The notes below the pieces were generated by a model that was not told the DNA's origin, searched no databases, and saw only the letters and a list, made by a program, of their open reading frames with translations. A stretch of 64,000 bases of DNA from the human T2T-CHM13v2.0 reference genome, Homo sapiens. This document shows, piece by piece, positions 26,300 through 40,607 of the stretch. Position 1 is the stretch's first letter. Each line of letters starts with the position of its first letter. Both the position numbers and the translations under genes were made by a program. The stretch lies in the NCBI RefSeq assembly GCF_009914755.1, contig NC_060929.1; one strand, given 5' to 3'.

Positions 26300-28513
26300 T
26301 TCATGCCTCATTCTAGGGGGTGGTCTCCCAAGGCTAGGTGGTTTTGTCCCTGAGTCTGTGCCTAAGCTAACCTTTTAATCAGCCATTCTAACATTCTACT
26401 GGGCTGGCTGCTTCAGGAAGATGAGGCATATGGTAAAACTCATAAATCCTATTGTCCTTTGCCTGTTGTCATACCTCCTTATAAAGGTTGCATTTAGTTA
26501 ACCTACTCCCAAGTGGTTGGCAGTCTTCTTGAAGAATGGTGCTAAGTCCAGGGCTTAACATCGATTCGTGCTCCTGGCAGAGAGATTGTTGAACAGTACT
26601 AGGATCTAGATCAGCCTTAGTGAGAGAGAGTTCATAGCGTTGTGCCCTAACCCTGTCACTATGGCCACTCCATTCCTGGCTGTGTTGTGCCAGCATAGAG
26701 TGCCCAATGACAGAGAATGGTTGACATCTACAGAATGAGATCCAATCCATTTAAGTGTTTAACATCTCCTCCACCGTGAACAGTCTCTGTTCTAAGACAC
26801 AAAGATCTTTACAGTTTGTACCATCTTGCTTGGTCCATCCTTGCTCTCTTCCACGGACCTATTTTTCTCAGATCATCCTGCCTTGTTCCCTCCAATCTCC
26901 AGACCGACTAGCTAAGCCATTTCCCGCTGTTCACGGGGCCATGTAAAATTCTACATTAGGAAATTTCTTCATCTATACAAACATAACGACCAAATGCCAT
27001 TTTTGCACAGTGGGATGATTTCCTTTCACAACACCCTTAGTGCTACCCTTGACTGGGGAGCAGTGTAGTAGCAGTCAATTTCAGGCAAGCATAAACCATA
27101 CTGAGACAACTTATCTGTGACCCAAGCCCAGGATTTTTCTCTTCTGTCAGCTGATTCTAGGAAAATCTCTATTATGAGTTGTGAGCTGAGTGAGACATAC
27201 GTGCATGGGAGTTTACACCAAAGGCCCATGCAATTTATTGTGCCTACTGGGCCTGCTTGGCCCAATTACAAATATATTATTTCCTTCTCACAAATGGTTG
27301 AAGCTATATCTGCCCAACCTTATGATTTAGCACAACTGATAATGTTTAGCTCATGAGAGAAGCTCTCCCTATGTGGCCACTTTTCCCATGGTCAGGTGTT
27401 CAATTTCACTAAAGCCTGTTAGTCTCCTAAGAACTCTATTTCAAACAGAAAGTAAGTCACCACTTCAGAAGCTGTGGCTTTGGTCTAGAATGCTGATTAC
27501 CTGTGCTGGGACTCCTCTACTGGTAGTTGCCAGAGACATTATATCATGTCCAAGCTTCAAGGAGCCATCCAACAGCTTATCTTAGTAAGACGCTGAATTC
27601 CAAGACGTGGGTTAGTGCTCTCATATTAATGAATTCTCCACAATTCAGCCTTATATTTTGCAGCCCACAATACAACACCCTCAAGATCTATTCTCATACA
27701 AGTTTTCCCATTTGTTAATGGTACATATGAGCTAGATCCTTAATTTCCTTCAGTGTGTAAGCTAATTTCTTCCTGAGCAGAAACTGCAATTTCTTGCTCA
27801 GGCTCCACTGAGTCTCAACTCTCGTAACTCCTTTGGAAGCAAAGATGTGTGGCAGGGAATTAGTATGAGGATGAGTAATAAATTTCAAGACACCTACCCC
27901 ATGCATGGGTTTTACAGGATCTCCAGAGAAATTGAGGCTTTTCTTGTCTGTTAAATGAGAAGGCTACATCTCCAACCCAAGAGTATTCAGAAGTATTTCA
28001 TCTTTCAAGATTCTTACGTGTATTTGCCCAGCTTTTTCCACTCCATGCCTCAGGGTCATATTTTCTTATTAGGACCATAACTTTACACAGGAAATGTGGG
28101 AGTCTGTGAATTAAGTCTCTTTTTCACCTCTGCTATTCTTACTAATAGATCTTCAACTTGGTTTTCAACCTAAAATGTCATGTACCTTAAGCAATAATAA
28201 TCTCTTTAATTCTCTCATGGAAGACCTCTAGCTTTCAGAACTGACCTTGATTTGGTAATTAGCTGATCTAAATCTGTCATTTCTTTTTTCAAGACTTCCA
28301 GACAGCAGTTAACAAAAGCCAGTGAACTCCACAATTCTTGTAATTACCGTTACCCTCAGACTATTGAAGTCCCATAGTTACCATGTAACCCAAAACATCA
28401 CCTTCTACGTGGCCCTCATCTCAAAACAGCATTGGGAGATCCTTTGTAACTATGACCAAGCAATCCAACTTCAGGAGCCCATTATCTGTTTTTATGGTCA
28501 CTCCTGGCACTAA
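26300..28513 (-). mobile_element. Degraded ERVL-class internal region (pol/integrase and gag remnants)
   Basis: ORF 26469-26750 (EWSGHS..LSLTKADL..LCQE..LSP..TI) resembles the ERVL integrase HHCC region; 27026-27265 (AWVTD) resembles the RNase H start; degenerate PBS-like ttagtgccaggag on the minus strand at 28501-28513. Confidence 0.75.
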
Positions 28514-28990
28514 CTATCTGAGCTCCCCCTGAAATCAGATACTGAGGCAAAGAATCATATGCAGGTAACTTATCTAGAAACTTTACCATGGAGATACAGC
28601 GTGAAGGGCAGAGAAAGCAAAAAAGAAAAATAAGGAAAAGCTAATACAAGCTTTTAGCTTTTCCTTATTTAGTAACAAGTGCTACTAAGTTGGCCACTAC
28701 ACCCTGCAGTACCCTCTGAAGTGTCTTATGGAATGTAACTCAAAACTATTTGCCCAAAAGATAATTTGGAAGGCATTTATCCATGGCTATAATCCCATAT
28801 TGTTCAACAATATCTTATGTATGTCAAGTCATAATCCCAGATTGTGCAGTTATAAGCGTCAAGTAAGTTCCGTGGGTTCTACATGTCTGAGGCTCAGAGA
28901 AACCCCCAATCAGGAAGTAAAGGTTATCAGAACAGAACCTGCCCAAAGATAGAAGTAAGAAATTGAGTTAAGGATTCAAAGTGGTACATA
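28514..28990 (-). mobile_element. ERVL-class LTR (LTR33-like)
   Basis: Abuts the PBS-like site; ctccccctgaaatcagatactgaggcaaagaatc..tgcaggtaacttat motif. Confidence 0.5.
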
Positions 28991-29026
28991 AGAAGAATCT
29001 GATACTTCATTTGATTTTCTCAGTAA

Positions 29027-29346
<320 letters not shown>

Positions 29347-32300
29347 ATGTTAGATACTCTTGTTAGCCCCATCTTACAAGTGAAGAAGCAGACACAAGGA
29401 ATATGTTTAACCCAGGCTAAGTGCAAGTAGTAGAGCCAAAATTTGAAGGCAGGTAAAATTTGACTCTTTGGAATCTTAACCAACACCCTACACTGTCTCT
29501 CCAACATGAGTAGGTACCAAATACGTAAAGGCAGTGAGCTGAACATGTCAATTATGAAGGAGCTTCCCTTGACAGCAGAAACAGTAGAGGAGCCGAACTA
29601 GCCTAATCTGATCCAGAATTGCTATTCTTTCCCCAAACCAGATAATATGACTAATGCTACTTTATTCTTAGCAGGTTATCACACTATTCATAAGCAGTAA
29701 GATAACCTGAGCCACTCTGTAATGCAACAAACCTCTTACCACTAACCCAACCAGAGGTCACTGACAGATTCGGCAAAAGCTGCTCTAATCCTCAGAAAAC
29801 TCATATTTCCTGTCACATTTTGTTCTGTCTATGTTTAATTCAAGGAACATTAAAAGGGCATTGGAATTCTAGAACCTACAGCATTAATTGCTGCTAATGG
29901 GCCTGATAGATCCAATAGAAACAGCAAAACAAACAAGAAATTGTTCAATTATAACTCTATTTCCCAAAAATAAATACCTATGGGATATAAGTAGCTTTGT
30001 TATTTTTGATAAGAATTATATAAAACACCTGATTAGTATTGATAAACAGACTGCAACACAGTTGGTGTCACTTCTCATTTCTTTCACAGTTTCAGCAGGA
30101 GGCAATGCAGTATCATTGTTTTCTCATCACTGAATAACAAAGCAATACAATCAGATGCACAGGATATTCTGAAGCAGTTTCCATGGTTAGTTAAAATTTT
30201 CCTATAAGCGTACCCAAAAAGGTTTGAGAATCCTCTCCTGTGGGTAGAGATCATCTAAAATTAATAAAATGGCACAAGAAGGCAAAGGAAGAGTCCTCAG
30301 GTGGCTTTTTCTATTCCCTTTTCCAGAATGGAACGGCTCTTTAGAACCCGCTGGATGGGGAAAATCACACAGTATACAAAGCAGCCTTGTCTGCAGAGAT
30401 AATGCAAGGCAGGATGTGCAAAAAGTGACCAGAGGTCAGCAGTCCCTGAACCAGCCTGTACATTTGAAGTGTGTTCCCACTCCAGTCTATCACCAGGTCC
30501 AGTTCCTCCCTTTTTGCTTGCCATGAATCTGATGTGTATTAATAATCATGCCCATTATACTTATTGTAGTCTAAAATCATATTACAACTTCTGGAGTGAT
30601 TGATGCCCACATAGAGGAGCCTAACTGGCCTAATGTGATCCAGAAATGTATAGAAATGAACAGAGAGATATCATTCCAAAAGTTGCCATTGAACTTCTAT
30701 TCTCAATTAAGAAATTGTATGCCTTAAATGTTAGAGCTCAATGTAAAATTAGACAAGCTAGCCCAGTATTTCCTAAATGCCTTTCCTTCATGATTCTTGC
30801 CATATCTGCATCCCGTCAGTACTATTATTTGCTAAACATTTCATTTTTCACTTTTTTACTTAGCATTAACATCTAGAAAATTATATGCATTATTTTTTTG
30901 AATATGCATTGAAATAAATGCATAATAACTAATAGGTTGCATACGCCACCTAAAATAATCTTAACTGTCACCACTGTGTATGTACATACCACACCTTAGA
31001 AAATGATAATCTCCTCAAACACCCGCTTTTAGATGGAGAAACTAATGAGACAAGTAAATTTCCCAGTGTCACTAATCTAGTCGGTGCTGTGGCTGGGACT
31101 GACACACAATTCTCTTGCCTTGCAATGCAGGCTATTTCGTGTGCATCATGCTGACTCAACAGAATGAAGGAAAAGCATGATAAATGGGGCAACATTAAAA
31201 ACTTATTGCACTTCTTGGCTCCATGTAGTGATTAAGGATCTATACAGATGTCTAAGCAAAAACAGAGCAACCTCACTGCCCTTTCTCACCCCCCAGAATT
31301 TCTCCTCCTCTATGTTCAATGATTTTAGCAGACATTATTCTACTGTCTTATGGTTTTTATTCCTCATCTTCACCCTTATCAGTGTTATTATTCCTTCTGT
31401 CTCTATTAGAGGTCATGATCTCTTCGAAAGTTGGGAGTAAAGGCCAAGATGTTGCATTTTGCCTATAAATAATCATCTTTGTACCTAGGATTTATAAAGT
31501 GCTTTATAGTTTTTTCAAAGCCCTTTCCCAAGTTTTATCATTTTCAATCCTCACAACATCATTATAGAATTCATACTTTACTGAGGATGTTTCTTCTGGG
31601 TTGCATGCTATAATCAAAAAAAGAATCTCCCATAATAAGGAAGAAGAGAGACGCAATTAAAATTACTGAAGAGTTACCATAAAAATATCGCAATATATCT
31701 GTTAATCTATCACTCTTTTATTATACTTTTGTATTCTTAGCAAGAGTGATGTAAGCGTAGCGATGCCATGCTAAGAAATGTACCTTTCTTCAGTAAAATG
31801 TTCCATTTTATCCATTATCTTAAATGATGGGCTTGTGAAAGCTGTCAGTGAAGTCACTTCAACATTGCAGTCTTCAATGCATGGAATAAAAAGTGACATT
31901 CTCTTGATTAAAATTAATTTCCTTGCCATGGAAGAACATGCAATATCCATCTCCCTAATGGTTCTAAAGTCCTTGGAATAATAGATCAGGCAGTTAAAGT
32001 AAATAAACATGGCTCCCAGGAGGGGGCAAGGTTTTTTCGGGCTAGAGTCAGGGTAACCCTGGAGAAAAACAACTCCTTAACAATACCAGACAGACAGATG
32101 ATTTTGGTGGCCAAAGGCACCATCTTCAGTAATCTGTAATTAATGATGTCAGCCCAGGATATGGGATCCAATAAGATAGTGTATTACAGACCACAGACTC
32201 ACCCCAAGCCCCATTAGGTGGCTTCCTTTGAATACATCTCTCTGAAAAATTACATTTGCAAGTTTACCAGCTCTTAAAGGTCACCAGTAAATTAAACTGC

Positions 32301-32949
32301 AGTGTGTCATGTGGGGGCTTAATGACCATGAGAGTTAATGTACCTCTCTAATTATCACCTCAATCACATAGAATGGCTTATTCATCTTAACCTGACCTAT
32401 CACTTGCCTGTTAATCTGTCCCACCACAAGTTAGTGCTTGTAGGAAAAGATTCTTAATGGCTCTCAAATGGTTATGTAAGAATCTACAGTCAACTCCTTG
32501 CTTCCATATATGAGTTTGCAATATAAAAACATGAACTGCAGTCTGCTATCACCTCTCTTCAGTCTACTCTTCTTTAATGTCCAGCACATTCTTTGACTTC
32601 CTTCTCCCAAGTGCTGAGTCAGTGTGCCTACCCACTGGACTACCAAAAGTAAACCATAGAATCAAAAATCCACTGGAAAATGCCTCTTCCAAACCATCAA
32701 CTGAGGGGGAAAAAAGTTTTAACACATAAGATCAAAAAAAAGTGTTGATATTAATATGTAAAGAGGTCATAAAATTAATAAGAATAAAGCAAACATTCTG
32801 TAGGAAAGACTTCGGTAGATGACAGAATCAGATAGTGCACTAAATAAGATGCATAAATTGCTGATAAACATGTGAAAAACATTCAACAGTTTAATTGAAA
32901 ACACACATTTTAAAGTAAAATGCCTTTTTGTCTATTAATTGGTGAAGAA

Positions 32950-33233
32950 TTTTTTTTAATTATACTTTAAGTTCCGGGATACATGTGCAGAACATGCAGT
33001 TTGTTACATAGGTATACACATGCCATGGTGCTTTGTTGCAGCCATCAACCTGTCATCCAGGTTTTAAGCCCCGCATGCATTAGCTATGTGTCCTAATGCT
33101 CTCCCTCCCCTTGCCCCCCACCCCTGACAGGCCCCAGTGTGTGATGTTCCCCTCCCTTTGTCCATGCATTCTATTGGTACAACTGCCACTTATGAATAAG
33201 AATATGTGGAGTTTGGTTTTCTGTTCCTGTGTT
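32950..33233 (-). mobile_element. L1PA7/8-like 3' end inside an older L1M remnant (~32690-33900)
   Basis: ttatactttaagttccgggatacatgtgcagaac..ggttttaagccccgcatgcattag; flanked by GAATTTTTTT. Confidence 0.9.
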
Positions 33234-33624
33234 ACGAATTTTTTTAAAATAAGAATTCTTAGTATTGGTTATAGAATGAGATAATAGGAATTCTTACATA
33301 ATGTTTGTGGGAATGAAAATTGGTATGATTTTCTAGAAGGCAGGTTGGCAATACACATAGGAATTATTATAATGAACAGCTCAGCTATTTTAATACTTCT
33401 ACTCAAAAGTTATTCTGAAAAAACAGTGGAGATTGTAAAATGATTTCTACAAAGGTTTATTCAAATTATAGATTTATTATGCTGCAAATTTGGAAACAAT
33501 CTAAATGTCTATGATTAACTGATTAAATAATGTTACATCAATATAGAATGCTATGAAGCAATTAAAATGGTAGTATGTATTAGTATTTATTAACATGTAA
33601 AACATAAAAATTAAAGAAAAATCA

Positions 33625-33810
33625 GAATTTTGTATATGTACATGTTGTGATATAAATATATACATGTATACATACTGTGATATAAATATGTTATTTATAT
33701 GCACATATTGTGATATAAATGTATATTACATATATGTACATATGATTTAAATGTTATATATGTACTTATTGATATAAATGTATATATTACATATATTTCT
33801 GACATATAAA
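33625..33810. repeat. AT-rich degenerate tandem repeat
   Basis: Repeated tgtgatataaat/tatatgtacat units. Confidence 0.8.
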
Positions 33811-36800
33811 GGTAATTTAGTGCATAGACAGTTTTTACTTTATACTTTCCTTGCAAATTCTAAATTTCTATAATGAACATGTATAGTTTTCATAATCAGA
33901 TTCAAGGCATATATAGCATATATCATCACTCATCACTTGAGGAGTATCAAAGCCAGAGATACATATACATATGTGTATTCTACTCCATTTGCAACTTTTT
34001 TAATGTTTTTATGGGAATGCTATGCCAAATTAATGCACTTATGTGTTGGATTATCAGAATTGTACTCTTCCCATTTATACGAAAGATCCACCTCAAGCTA
34101 ATGATGAGCACTATGTAGATGGAAGGTAAACCCACAAATGTTAGGCTGACACACTGAAGCCAACTGCCCAAAGCTAATTGTCATCTAAAGTGTGCTGCGT
34201 ATGTTTTCAACAGTGGGAGAGTATATGAATAATTTCTATTAAAAATTCTGACATTCACAGGATTCTTTCACCTTCATAAACCAGTAAACAGGACAATAGA
34301 TGTAGATGTCCTTCAGACGCAGGATGAATCATTCTACACAAACAACTGTTGGCCTGAATACCAGACCCCACTCCACTCTTAAATTCTATCAAGGCCCTGT
34401 GTAATTCTGAGGCAATGATTCAGATGTCATGGCCTTAATTGATGAGTACTACGAGGCCCTGTACTTAATTTCCTTGTGCCATTTCTCCATTAAAACCATG
34501 CTCTGGGTAGTTTTCTACAGGGCCCTAGAGAATCAGGGAATTCATTGAATTTGCTCTGCTGCATTAAAATAGGCAGTCCATTGGGTACCACTTATATTTC
34601 ATCTCAGAGATCAATAGGACCCTCCATTCAATCCCAAAGAAATTCACAATCATCCTTCTTTTACATGAGACATTGAGTTAGTAGTCAGTTTAAATTTTAT
34701 TCCCAAGTCTACAGAGATTCGTATCTTCAGGACAAGCTAGTCTTTTGGCCCTGATCAAAACTTCTGACAGAAAGGAAAGTACTGCTATGGATACTGACAC
34801 CCTCTATGGAAAAGCAAGTATATTTCAGAAGACAGAAATACAAACAAACACTTAAGCCTTTTATTCCTGTTCTTATAAGAGATTAGATTAAATTTCCAAA
34901 TTTCCACAAGCAAGAGCTTAATAAACAGTTGGATATATAAGTAAAAGCTCAATAAATGCCTTTAATATTATAGTAGGACTGTTTTTGAGATTAAAGCTGA
35001 TTAGACAACTGAGTGGATTTGTTTGAGGCCAATGATAATATTTTCTTTGCCTAGAATAATGAAATGTGAAAGACAGTCATTCCTGGAAGAAAAGATGGTC
35101 TCTTTGTAAATGTAGTTAGAAATGATAGCCAAATACATGTGCTGAAAATTGTGTCTATTTACAGTAATATTCTTAATACTTCACACTCTCTAGACATAGC
35201 TCATCATTCTTCCCCAATACTGGTCAGGCATAAAAAATAAGACCAAATATGAAGCAAAATTGAGACCCATAACCAATGAAAAAAATTTCTGAGGAAATCA
35301 GCTAGTGCACACACAGTGTATTCTGCTATTTCAGTTGGACCTGCTGTTGGCTTTGACATAGATATGAGATGTTTTTTGATGATGGAGATTCAAGGCGTGT
35401 ATACTTGAGCAGCGATGAGGCCCCAGATACACACGCATTATGCTATCAATTTTATATTACTTTGCTTTCAGGCAAGCAGATCTCAACAGCCCATCTTTAT
35501 TTCAGGAAAAATAGTCAAACCCAATTTCACAGGTAAAACAAAGTCGGTTTTTGCCACAATATAGCCATATATAAACAGGATGCCTAGCCATGAAATAGAA
35601 AGTGCTTTTTTTCTTACACAGAAGGTCAAAGACATCTGGTCTCAATATTGTTTCATGTTCTGTTGGCAATAAAACATTTTCTCTGTTTGAAAACTAAAAT
35701 GTTGAGCACAAGTTAGGAAAATTGCCAAGCTTGTCTTTGTTAACTGAGCTGAAATTTATTCTTAATATTTGTTCTCTTATAATTTAATAGCAATTTAACA
35801 ATATCCAACTTCGTTTTAGCATTTTGCGTCAAAGTATAATAAAAAGATATGGTAAAGGGGCTTTTAGTGAAGGATAAAAACTTCATGAGCAAAAAGTCTC
35901 TATTTAAATGCTGTGGATGCTTATTTAGCTGTTTTTCTTCATTAAATATGAATTATAGCTCTTTAAATGCTGATTTGGAAATCAGGAAGGTTTAGTTTTA
36001 CTCCACTGCTTTATATCCACAGGCAACATAAATCTATTTAAAAGCTGATTTAAGAAAGCAACTTGGGGAAGCAAATTGCTAGTGATTTGATCCCTTGAAT
36101 TTTGCATGCTACATAATCAGAATCAGGTTTTACAGAGTACCAAAATGTTTATTTGAATGTGGTTGAAAAGACAATTATTTCTTAAAACACATAGAATGGC
36201 TAGTGGTAGAGTTTAGCACAGACTTACAATACCCCCACGAGGTATAGATAGAGTAGGGAGAGGGCCTGAAGACAATCTACCTGAAGGCAAGATTTTTTTG
36301 TTTTTTTTTAATAAAGGAATCCATCTCTTTGCTTCTTCATTGGAAAATATAGATAGCTATTAAAATTACAACCCCAGATGCAAAATACCTTTGAATTATA
36401 ATTTCAATACTGAAAACAAACTATTTTTGTTAATACAGTATTAAACTAATAGTTTAGAATGGGACAAAATGTTATTATCATACACCTCATATAGCAATGT
36501 GATGACTTTGAGATCAGGACAAATCTAATTCACAGAGCCACCATTTCCAAGTCTTCCACAGGACAAAGTAAAGAAATGAGGTACACAGATCACTTTATTT
36601 CAAGACCATCCTATAATAACTTATTATCCAAAGTGACATGAAGAATTAATGGAATTGAAAAGTATTGTGTGGTATTGACAGTGTTGTTTGAATAGTTTTC
36701 TCACTCTAAGTGACACAAACTGATTTACTTCCCATTCGCATGCAAAAGAAAAACTGAGTTTCCATGCACAATGTAGTAACAAGAAATCACTCTTCTTCAC

Positions 36801-37971
36801 TGTCTTACTGCAAGTCAAACGCTGGCTGAAATACAAAATAAAAAGTCAGAAGAGAAAAGGATGTTTAACGGTATTCTTTTAAAAAAAAAATTCAGGATGA
36901 CCAGAGATACTTAAATTTCTCCTTTTGATTGAATGATCAAGAGTCCAGGAATGGATCATATGACTGTGTTAATTTTGACTACTTAGAACAGGCACATTCT
37001 ATGTTAGCAATTCTGATAGCTTTTTGTTTGACTCACACATAAATCACCTTCACCAACCCACGATAGCACAGATAGACATTAGGTGCATCTTTTTGGAAAT
37101 AAACAAAAGGTGGAAGTGGTGTATTTTCAGATACTTTCGTTATTGACTAGTAAACAAAGGTCAACCATTCACAGTTAAATCAATTCTATTTTGCTTTAAA
37201 TTTTTTTAATTGTAAGGGAAAGGATAAATTACATTTCACAGCTGTTTGTACATCAAAGAACTGAACGTTTTTGGGATGGCCAACTATTCAAAAGTCTAGC
37301 TAAAGAAACCGCAAAAAAAAAAAATGCAAATTTTGAACTCAATTTTGTAACTGGGAATTATGGTAATCTTACAGCGAAATTCATGTTAATCTATAAAAGA
37401 TTCTGCTGAATAAGGAGCCATCCAATCAGTGAGGAATGATGGTTGCAGAACTTATTTCATGGAAAATATAATCAAATTTCTCCTTTCTGTTCAATCTGAA
37501 TCACTCTGGTCTTGTTTTAAAAGATATTCACACTGCTTTGCATGTCAAAACTAGAAATGTTGTACTGACTAAAATACTACTAATTTTAACATAAAGAATA
37601 GAGAAACCAAGTTTGAGGTAACAGAGAAATAGATGTGAAATGACATAGGTTATAAACCTTACCTAATAAATAATTGGAAAAGAACTATTATTATTAAATA
37701 TAGACAAGATATAAATTAGCCAGGTTAACTAAATAACCAATCATTTTACTGAATAAATTATTCCCTCAATCCTCCCCCCAAAAAGTGTTTTTTATGGCAA
37801 ACCATTGCTAAAGGAAGTTATTGTAACTTAGCAAAGTTTGTGTCAGTCATATCTAAGGATTTTCTTCACAAACTGGAGGAATTTGGTGAATTTTAGTAAC
37901 AGTGGTAAGATTTTTTTATAACAAATTACCCATAGGTGGAGTCAATAAGATGTTAAGAGAGAGAGATAGTA

Positions 37972-38287
37972 CTGTAGACTATTTGTGTCACCCCAAAATT
38001 TATATGTTGAGATCTAATCCCCAATGTGATGGTATCTGTTGCAGGGAGGGCCCTTGGGAAATGATTAGGTCATGTGGTTGGAACCCTCACAAATGAGATT
38101 AATATCTTTGTAAAGGTGACTCTGGAGAGCTCCCTCACCCCTTTAGCCATACGAGGACACATGGAGAAGACAAATGTCTATGAAGCAGGAAGCAGTCTCT
38201 CACTAGACACTGAATCTGCCTGTGCTTTGATTTAGGACTTCCCAACCTCCAGAACTATGAGAAATAAATTTCTGTTGTTTATAAGGC
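37972..38287 (+). mobile_element. MLT1A0-like LTR, 3' tip missing
   Basis: ccccaaaatttatatgttga..cctccagaactatgagaaataaatttctgttgtttataag. Confidence 0.88.
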
Positions 38288-39309
38288 TAATCATTTAGTG
38301 CATGGCTCTAAATAGTGAGGAATAAATTAATTGTTATTTTTATTTTCAAGGGTCAAACAACTATCCCCCAACCTTCTTTCAGCTCAGCTTAAGCGTCTTC
38401 TTGAACCAGTTTCTATTCTGTGTATTCTGTGTACTGAATTCTGTCTCCTGTGATACCCAATCATACTTCACATTCTCATTGAGGCATCTCTACTTATGCC
38501 ACCCTTGATTCTGATTCTTTTATCTTAATCTTTTTGTTCAGATTTTTTAAATGATTTGATCCATATACCCAGTTTCACTGAGGCACAGCTCAGAGTACAC
38601 TCCATAGTGTGTGTATTTATATACCTAAGAGCTTTATTTGACTTACTTTAGTCCCACTTCATTCCACAATCAACTTGAGGTGGTTATAAAAGCTCACTAT
38701 AAGTTGATATTTTTGTCAATTTCAACTGAGCCTGAAATATGTTTATTACTGTGTATTATCACTATTTATAGTACATAATACAATATAGTCTTACTGCTTT
38801 TCTGGGGGGTGAGACCAAAGGAAGAGAAGCAGTAGGTTGGAGGTGATTATAGAATGAGATATGCAAAAAATAGCCATACATATGCTAAAAAGGACAGCAA
38901 ATCAAGTATAATGCTGAATTTCACTTCCTTTTGCTTTCTCCATTCCTTCAAGAAGTGACTTTAGTAAGAAGGTGTTAAGATCAGTTATGGAGGATAGGAC
39001 TTAAAGTAGAAGCAATAAAGTTCCAGCCAATCCATATCAGCTCTGGTATATTTCACAACATCTTTGGGCCACTTTGGTAAAAATAAAAGTTCACTAAGCC
39101 TAGTATGCTTATTTCTTCTTGCATCTTCCTGGTCACTCTAATTCATTATAGAATATGAAAATAAAACACATATAAATATTTTATTTGAAAAACTTTGTTT
39201 TATCTCTGGATATATATCTTTAATTTTTTAAACGGATTCACAATACACTCAATTTAATTCAGCAAGGTTTTTGAGTATTTACTATATAATATGTAGTAAA
39301 GTGCCATGC

Positions 39310-39628
39310 TTTTTTCTTTTTTTTTTTTTTTTTTTTTTTTGAGATGGAGTCTCACTCTGTCTGTCGCCCAGGCTGGAGTGCAGTGGCATGATCTTGGCTC
39401 ACTGCAACCTCCACCTCACCCGGGTCCAAGCAATTCTCCTACCTCAGCCTCCTTAGTAGCTGGGAGTACAGGCATGCACTACCACACCCAGATAATTTTT
39501 GTATTTTCAGTAGAGACAGGGTTTCACCATGTTGGCAAGGCTGGTCTTGAACTCCTGATCTCAAGTGATTCGCCTGCCTCGGCCTCCCAAAGTCCTGGGA
39601 TTACAGGCATAAGCCACCACGCCCAGCC
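39310..39628 (-). mobile_element. AluS (Sx/Sz-like)
   Basis: Full dimer with poly(T); flanking TAAAGTGCC repeat. Confidence 0.95.
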
Positions 39629-39708
39629 CTTAAAGTGCCTTTTAAAGTGTAGACTTTCAGCAAACTTAGCATTTAATGTGAACAAGTTATCTATAAAAAG
39701 ATAACTTA

Positions 39709-40030
<322 letters not shown>

Positions 40031-40279
40031 TCAAAGATCATAATCTATAATAGTAGACACAAGTCAAGGACAAAAATTATAATTGCTATATTATCAGAAT
40101 AGTATAATTCTCAATTTAATTCTAAAGAAGACTTGTAATAATTTAGAGAAGGGACCATTCAATAGAACAGGACAGCAGATCTAAATCCCAAAGCCACCTT
40201 CATGGAGACAATATTTGAAAAAGAAAAAAATTAGCTGATGAGCAGGAGATAAGAGGCCTAAAAAAAGATCCACAGAAGT

Positions 40280-40607
<328 letters not shown>

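Noticed and set aside
30269-30526. Plus-strand acceptor (cccttttccag) with an 85-aa ORF
   Set aside because: No recognisable protein, no convincing donor and no partner exons
39306-39704. 132-aa ORF
   Set aside because: Typical antisense Alu translation
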